IMG/VR virus record: IMGVR_UViG_3300042503_001397
DNA from: an uncultured virus (IMG/VR IMGVR_UViG_3300042503_001397)
Taxonomy: Duplodnaviria > Heunggongvirae > Uroviricota > Caudoviricetes
Strand: one strand, 5' to 3'
Length of the DNA stretch: 64,000 nt
A program made the position numbers and the translations under genes. Every line of letters starts with the position of its first letter. The stretch's first letter is position 1. Shown piece after piece: positions 58,907 through 64,000 of this stretch. The notes under the pieces were generated by a model that was not told the origin of the DNA, did no database searches, and saw only the letters and a program-made list of their open reading frames with translations.

Positions 58907-59117
58907 TCAATTTCTTTTTAATATCACCAATTGTAAAAACAAGACTATCTTTAAAAATATCTATATTATACACTTCTTCAATTTCAACAGTCAATTCAGC
59001 TAACATAAAACTATCATAACCAATATCATTTTTTAAATTCATATCATCAGTTATTTCTAAAACTTTAGAATATCCATTATTCTCTAATACCTTATTTACT
59101 ATCTCTAACAATTCCAT
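58899..59117 (-). CDS. Acyl carrier protein
   Basis: DIGYDSFMLAELTVEIE. Confidence 0.85.
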   Translation of the reverse strand: MELLEIVNKVLENNGYSKVLEITDDMNLKNDIGYDSFMLAELTVEIEEVYNIDIFKDSLVFTIGDIKKKLNA

Positions 59118-59118
59118 A

Positions 59119-59751
59119 TTATTCTATTACTTTATTATTTTTAAAAACAGTAAATTCAGTTAAATCTCTATAACCATTTAATTCACCTTGGTCTGAATTG
59201 TGTATTGCTAAGTTTTGAAACATTGCCAATCCATGTGCTGCTTGTTGTGGAGTCATATACATATTCCATCCTAAGAATGTAATATCATCATCTTTATAAT
59301 ATTTCTCACTTCTACCTTCATAACGAGCTTTTTTAAACCAATCAGCTGCTTCAGCGTTATCAGTTAAAATCATACCACCTTTCCAAATTGGAAGAATCTT
59401 TTTAATATGAAATGATAATCCCATAAATTGACCTGGCATATACATATCCTTTGTTAATCTCTTAGCCGCATCCCAAATTGGATATGGTTTCAATTGATAT
59501 GCACCTACCCAATGGTTTGTTTCAGGTCTTTTATCAAAGATAACTTCACCACCCGCATGTATAATTGATTGTGGTACTGAAAGGTAAGTTTTAGATGGGA
59601 TGGTTACCTCTTTAACTTCATTATATTTACAAATTAAGAATAGTGCATTAGTGCAACTATCAACTGAAATAGCATATGGTGCTCCCGTATAAGCTGCTAT
59701 TTCTTCTTCGAACATTCGTACTACTTTGTACGGGTTGTGTAACATTGGCAT
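59119..59751 (-). CDS. Short DegT/DnrJ-family sugar aminotransferase
   Basis: FEEEIAAY, DSCTNAL, DAA, SFHIKK, GGMILT. Confidence 0.8.
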   Translation of the reverse strand: MPMLHNPYKVVRMFEEEIAAYTGAPYAISVDSCTNALFLICKYNEVKEVTIPSKTYLSVPQSIIHAGGEVIFDKRPETNHWVGAYQLKPYPIWDAAKRLTKDMYMPGQFMGLSFHIKKILPIWKGGMILTDNAEAADWFKKARYEGRSEKYYKDDDITFLGWNMYMTPQQAAHGLAMFQNLAIHNSDQGELNGYRDLTEFTVFKNNKVIE

Positions 59752-59753
59752 AA

Positions 59754-59984
59754 TTAATCTTTTTTGGTTTCGTCTTGTCCTATTATTTCAATACAAAGTA
59801 TATTCTTATCATTAACCATTACCAATCTACCATCGCTTGTTTCAAACTTTGTAAATTGACCTTGCTTAATTGAATATGAATCAACTCCCTCAAAAGTTCG
59901 TTTTTCTCCATTAATGAAGTGAAGTATTTGAGAAACATATCTTCCTTTTTTTGTTATTGATGATTTTAAATTTGGGTTTGTCAT
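59754..59984 (-). CDS. Hypothetical protein
   Basis: Tightly packed ORF. Confidence 0.65.
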   Translation of the reverse strand: MTNPNLKSSITKKGRYVSQILHFINGEKRTFEGVDSYSIKQGQFTKFETSDGRLVMVNDKNILCIEIIGQDETKKD

Positions 59985-59996
59985 TTTTTTATTTTA

Positions 59997-60776
59997 TTAA
60001 TTCCATATACATATTTTTTGTATATCCTGTCCACCTGTGTAATTCCAAAATGCTTTTAGATAACCTCTTTCAGTTGGCATGTTCATCATCGGAGTAAGGC
60101 ACGTTCCAATATCAATATAGGAATTATTGGGAAAATCTCTGAATAATTCATATACTGCCAAATTTGTGAACGTTGAAGCTGAAAATAAGAATACGTGATT
60201 TGTGATGTTATTTTCTTTAATCCACTGTCTAATAATTTCAATTTTATCATAATCATTTATAAATGCGTTATATCCCACTCTAAAATCTTTTTTAATGAAT
60301 GGTAGTTTAGATGTATCTGCTTTTTCATGTCCAACGAATACACAATCTTTACTATAAAAAATTGGAAGTGTATTCATTATAAATGCTGGGTAATTTCCAT
60401 TAACCCATAAGTTTGCCCATGTTAAACTATCATCATCTCCACCATGCAAATCAATTTGCCAATCGAAGTTTTCTTTACCAACACAACAACTACAACTAAT
60501 ACCTTTGTAATAGTTTGATTGTCTATGTTTATAAGCCTCCACTAATTTTTTTTGAAATAATTGGTGTTGATTTGGGTCAAAGTGCTTAAAATCTAATGGT
60601 TGATAAAATCCAGATTGCTTATGTTCTCCAATTTGAATTAAACCTTGGTCTAATTTTGATTCTTTATTTTGAAGAATGTACATTTCACCATCAGAATATC
60701 TAGCGAATGCAAAGTGTACATCGTTACGAATCATATCCGTAAACTTAGCAAAGTGTTCTCTAAAGTTTTTCTGCAT
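59997..60776 (-). CDS. GT-D fold-like protein
   Basis: FARYSDGE, FLFSA, YIDIG. Confidence 0.55.
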   Translation of the reverse strand: MQKNFREHFAKFTDMIRNDVHFAFARYSDGEMYILQNKESKLDQGLIQIGEHKQSGFYQPLDFKHFDPNQHQLFQKKLVEAYKHRQSNYYKGISCSCCVGKENFDWQIDLHGGDDDSLTWANLWVNGNYPAFIMNTLPIFYSKDCVFVGHEKADTSKLPFIKKDFRVGYNAFINDYDKIEIIRQWIKENNITNHVFLFSASTFTNLAVYELFRDFPNNSYIDIGTCLTPMMNMPTERGYLKAFWNYTGGQDIQKICIWN

Positions 60777-61761
60777 CTAATATTTTTTTAATTTGTTTTG
60801 CTGCATACCCATCTCCATACGGACAAGGTTTACAAATATACGAATTTTTTTCCAAAGTAACAAATAAATCTTTTAATTTATCAGTAGTTTTACAAAGATG
60901 CAAATGCCCAGTATAAATTGCTTCAGGTCTTTCCGTTACTTCTCTACATACAATTACCTTCTTATTAAGAAAAGATGCTTCTTCCTGTATCCCACCACTA
61001 TCACTTATTACTAACTTACATTCCAATAGGATAGCTATTAGTTCATCATGTGAAAGTGGTTCTACTATTTTAACGTTTGTTAGTAAGTTTCTATGAATTT
61101 GTACATTTGGATTTGGATGTATTGGTAATATAAATTCTAACTCTGGGTATTGTATTGCCAAATCATTTACTTCTTTAAACCACTCATGCATTATAGGATG
61201 ATTCTCTCTACGATGTAATGTAACCAATACTTTGTTTCCGTAAGTTGGCGTAGGTAAATCAACTAAGTTATCTAGCACAGTGTTACCAACTAACCAAGTA
61301 TCACCTAAAGATTTTTCTTCAAATAGATTAACCATTGCCGTTTGAGTTGGTGCAAAATTTACATCGGAAATACGAGCTATCATTTGTCTGTAACCTTCCT
61401 CAGGAAAGGGGTGTTTTAGACTCTTACTTCGAAGGCCTGCTTCTAAGTAGTATATTCTCATTCCTCTATGATATGCTCCTAAAGCACATGCAAATGCTGA
61501 TGCCGTATCACCTTGAACCATAACACCTCTAAACTCACCTTCCGGTAAATCTAAACATCCTTTTACAACTTCATCTAATCTATTAGAACCTTCTTTGATA
61601 GTTGCTTTATAATCAACATCAACTTCTTTAAGTAAATCTTCATGCTGACCTGTAAAGAATAATTTATACTCACTACGGTCCATTATTTTAATTAAAGGCT
61701 TTATCTTTAGCCATTCCGGTCTAGTTCCGAAACATATTAATATGGGTAATTTATTTTTCAT
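60760..61761 (-). CDS. wecB: UDP-N-acetylglucosamine 2-epimerase
   Basis: FGTRPE, TGQH, VQGDT, EAGLRS, PFPEE, TLHRRE, DSGGIQEEA, TERPE, PYGDG. Confidence 0.92.
   Translation of the reverse strand: MKNKLPILICFGTRPEWLKIKPLIKIMDRSEYKLFFTGQHEDLLKEVDVDYKATIKEGSNRLDEVVKGCLDLPEGEFRGVMVQGDTASAFACALGAYHRGMRIYYLEAGLRSKSLKHPFPEEGYRQMIARISDVNFAPTQTAMVNLFEEKSLGDTWLVGNTVLDNLVDLPTPTYGNKVLVTLHRRENHPIMHEWFKEVNDLAIQYPELEFILPIHPNPNVQIHRNLLTNVKIVEPLSHDELIAILLECKLVISDSGGIQEEASFLNKKVIVCREVTERPEAIYTGHLHLCKTTDKLKDLFVTLEKNSYICKPCPYGDGYAAKQIKKILDAEKL
60833..60864 (-). promoter_or_regulatory. Bacteroidota -33/-7 promoter inside the wecB 3' end
   Basis: TTTGT..CGTATATTTG, same 32-nt span. Confidence 0.55.
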
Positions 61762-62521
61762 TTACTAATTTCCAACCTTTTTGTCTTTGTTCGTTAAAAT
61801 ATTGATTCATTAATTGTTTGAATGGTACACCTTCTACACTTCTTTGATTTGATTCCCACAGTGAATTAGCATCGCCACCATAAGTTGCACCCTTAGTACT
61901 TCCCCACATTTCCATATCAGAACGAGGATGAGGTGGTACATAAGTTTTAATACCAGCATACTTTTGTAACATATAGGAGAAGTGCATATCTTCACCACAG
62001 GTATTATATTTAGGGTCTGGTAATTCTCTAACCATAATAGGTAACCATTCTTTTTTAAAGAACCAACTATGCCCCACTAAATCAACTTCTACAGTCCTAT
62101 CATTGTTACCTTGGTCAGGCCATCCGAATCTTAAGTAGTGTTCGTAGTATGAAGATTGTTGCGGAGGTAATGGATTCAAATACATCAATCCTACCGTTCC
62201 CAATAAACCTTCCTTCTCATTCATTGTGTTCATACAATTCTCTAACCATTTCTTACCAGGAATCGTATCATCATCAAATACACACACATAGGGATTCTTA
62301 GCGTTCATAGCAAAATAGAATCTTGCCCACACTCCGAAGTTGTAATTACAATAGGCAACAGGAACTTCCGTACCAATATCGTAATTAATCAAATCGTTAT
62401 CGCCGGGGTTATTGTACCATACTAATATCTCATCCGGCGGTAATGTTTGATTTTTCAGAGCTTCTATTTGTTCATTTAGATTATCTCCTCTTTTGTAACC
62501 ATTTAATATAACTGTTATCAT
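61751..62521 (-). CDS. GT-A glycosyltransferase
   Basis: ITVILNGYKR, VFDDDTIPG, GEDMHFS. Confidence 0.8.
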   Translation of the reverse strand: MITVILNGYKRGDNLNEQIEALKNQTLPPDEILVWYNNPGDNDLINYDIGTEVPVAYCNYNFGVWARFYFAMNAKNPYVCVFDDDTIPGKKWLENCMNTMNEKEGLLGTVGLMYLNPLPPQQSSYYEHYLRFGWPDQGNNDRTVEVDLVGHSWFFKKEWLPIMVRELPDPKYNTCGEDMHFSYMLQKYAGIKTYVPPHPRSDMEMWGSTKGATYGGDANSLWESNQRSVEGVPFKQLMNQYFNEQRQKGWKLVNEK

Positions 62522-63522
62522 TGTAAATAATTTTTAATTCGTTCTATCCAAACTTCTTGCGAAAAAAGTTCTTTATAATTTTCTTTTGCTGTCTTAGAGC
62601 ATTTATCATAAAACTCTTTATCTTCTCTTAACATAGTTGCCATCTCTCTTGCACTTTCCAAATCATTAACCATTACTGATGTATATGGGTGACATAACAT
62701 TTGAGTATCTACATCCATATTTCCAATACAAGGAATTCCAAAATATGCACAATTCAACGCAAATGTACCAGCTGCCACCGTTGGCATCATATGAACTGCA
62801 TATTTGAATGTTGATAAATTTTGCATCCATTCACTCCACATCATACGAGGTAAGTGATTTAAATTATCCACACTACCTTCATTCTCTCTCATAGCATGTG
62901 ATGTTTGTGCCCAAATAGGAACTTCAAAATTGTTAGCTATAATGTAACTTTCAAATCCACCATACCATCTTGCAAAGTTACCACCTATAATTGCTTTATC
63001 TTCTTTTGTAGGTACTATATCTTTGATTAGAGTATCAATCATCAATGTACCGATAGGTTGGATTGTTTTGTTAGGAAATAACCCCTTATAATACATTACA
63101 TCGGAATCATTGTGAGTAAAGATTGAATCACATGATTGTAAAAAATTGAAGAAGTAAATTTGGTCTGCTATCTCATAATCGTTATACCACCAATGAGGTC
63201 CTTCTTGAATATAGTGAACCGAAGTATTACCTTTTTCTTTTATTCTACCAACAATATCTTGCTGAAGTAATTCTGAAAATGGATTAACTCCGTTTACCAA
63301 TCTACTTCCTTCCGAACTTAAGAATGTTTTACCTTTTGGAAATATAACAAAGACATGGTCATAACCTGTCAAATTTTTATCTGCACCAAACAAATGAATA
63401 TTAAAATGGTCAGCATCTAAAGCATGCATCCAAGCAAACTCCGTTCTCATATTTGGATGATTGGCTGGAACTTTCCCAACGAATCCCATTTCAGTAAGGA
63501 AAGCTATCTTAGATTGTATCAT
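62518..63522 (-). CDS. Putative GT-B glycosyltransferase
   Basis: AAGTFALNCAYFGIPCIG; cluster context. Confidence 0.55.
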   Translation of the reverse strand: MIQSKIAFLTEMGFVGKVPANHPNMRTEFAWMHALDADHFNIHLFGADKNLTGYDHVFVIFPKGKTFLSSEGSRLVNGVNPFSELLQQDIVGRIKEKGNTSVHYIQEGPHWWYNDYEIADQIYFFNFLQSCDSIFTHNDSDVMYYKGLFPNKTIQPIGTLMIDTLIKDIVPTKEDKAIIGGNFARWYGGFESYIIANNFEVPIWAQTSHAMRENEGSVDNLNHLPRMMWSEWMQNLSTFKYAVHMMPTVAAGTFALNCAYFGIPCIGNMDVDTQMLCHPYTSVMVNDLESAREMATMLREDKEFYDKCSKTAKENYKELFSQEVWIERIKNYLQ

Positions 63523-64000
63523 AATAAGCGTTTTGTTTTTCTTGCCTATCTATTTGTTTATGATGATATAAACAATATATTTCTTCGTTTGGTAATATTG
63601 ATAATGTATTATATCCAACAATTCTTTCATGCACTTTACCAACCCATTCAATTTCAGATGTTCTACGATATATACGAGTTTGATAATCAGGAAAATTAAC
63701 CCAACCGTTATCATTTACATTCCACTTCCATTTTTTAATATGTGTTTTAGTTAAACCTTCAACGGTGTTAATTCTAGGAACAAAGAATAAATCAACATCT
63801 TTATTAAATTCAATAAATTCTGATAAGTTTTCTACCAAATATTCTGATGGTATTTCATCTGCATCAATTTGAAAAATGAATATTCCGTTTGCATTATTCT
63901 TTATATTATTTTTAAATGATGCAAAATCATTATTAAGAGGATATCCAATTACTTTGATTGTATTTGTATGTAACTGTGATAAAATGGTTAAATAACTTTT
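63509..64000 (-). CDS. Glycosyltransferase family 2 (5' part outside the window)
   Basis: Frame open to window edge; FQIDADE, PDYQTRIY, GKVHE. Confidence 0.85.
   Translation of the reverse strand, partial: KSYLTILSQLHTNTIKVIGYPLNNDFASFKNNIKNNANGIFIFQIDADEIPSEYLVENLSEFIEFNKDVDLFFVPRINTVEGLTKTHIKKWKWNVNDNGWVNFPDYQTRIYRRTSEIEWVGKVHERIVGYNTLSILPNEEIYCLYHHKQIDRQEKQNAYYDTI

Noticed and set aside
2518..63699. Plus-strand ORFs, including the poly-Val ones at 28573, 34770, 35487 and 36787
   Set aside because: Antisense shadows of minus-strand genes; poly-Val mirrors poly-Thr codons
1..64000. Bacterial chromosome or eukaryotic giant virus origin
   Set aside because: Single-strand dense small genes, tail fibre, isolated host-like genes and bacterial promoters/terminators favour a large phage; no capsid or terminase is in the window, so this remains inference

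Overview
AT-rich segment with essentially all genes on the minus strand. It reads as part of a large lytic phage of a Bacteroidota host: 13 fixed-spacing TTTG..TAnnTTTR promoters, boxA sites, a Bacteroidota-type bS21, DUF4494 and tail-fibre genes. 1-2.6 kb is an RNA module: five canonical tRNAs, two Gly-like tRNAs with 8-nt anticodon loops, and an ~840-nt structured RNA resembling GOLLD behind four tandem promoters and boxA. The best candidate new system is a ribosome-dependent attenuator (451-679). Its 53-codon leader uses all 20 amino acids and 37 different codons and sits before the tRNA array, suggesting a general tRNA-depletion sensor. 2.6-28.5 kb holds small genes and auxiliary metabolic genes (two heme oxygenases plus a bilin reductase, iscU, ferredoxin, rpsU, iscA, folE, MoxR-VWA, YbaN). 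28.5-64 kb holds Thr-rich virion-type proteins, a tail fibre and about 25 glycan genes, including a plant-like protein O-glycosyltransferase. All calls come from motif reading by eye; no searches were run.
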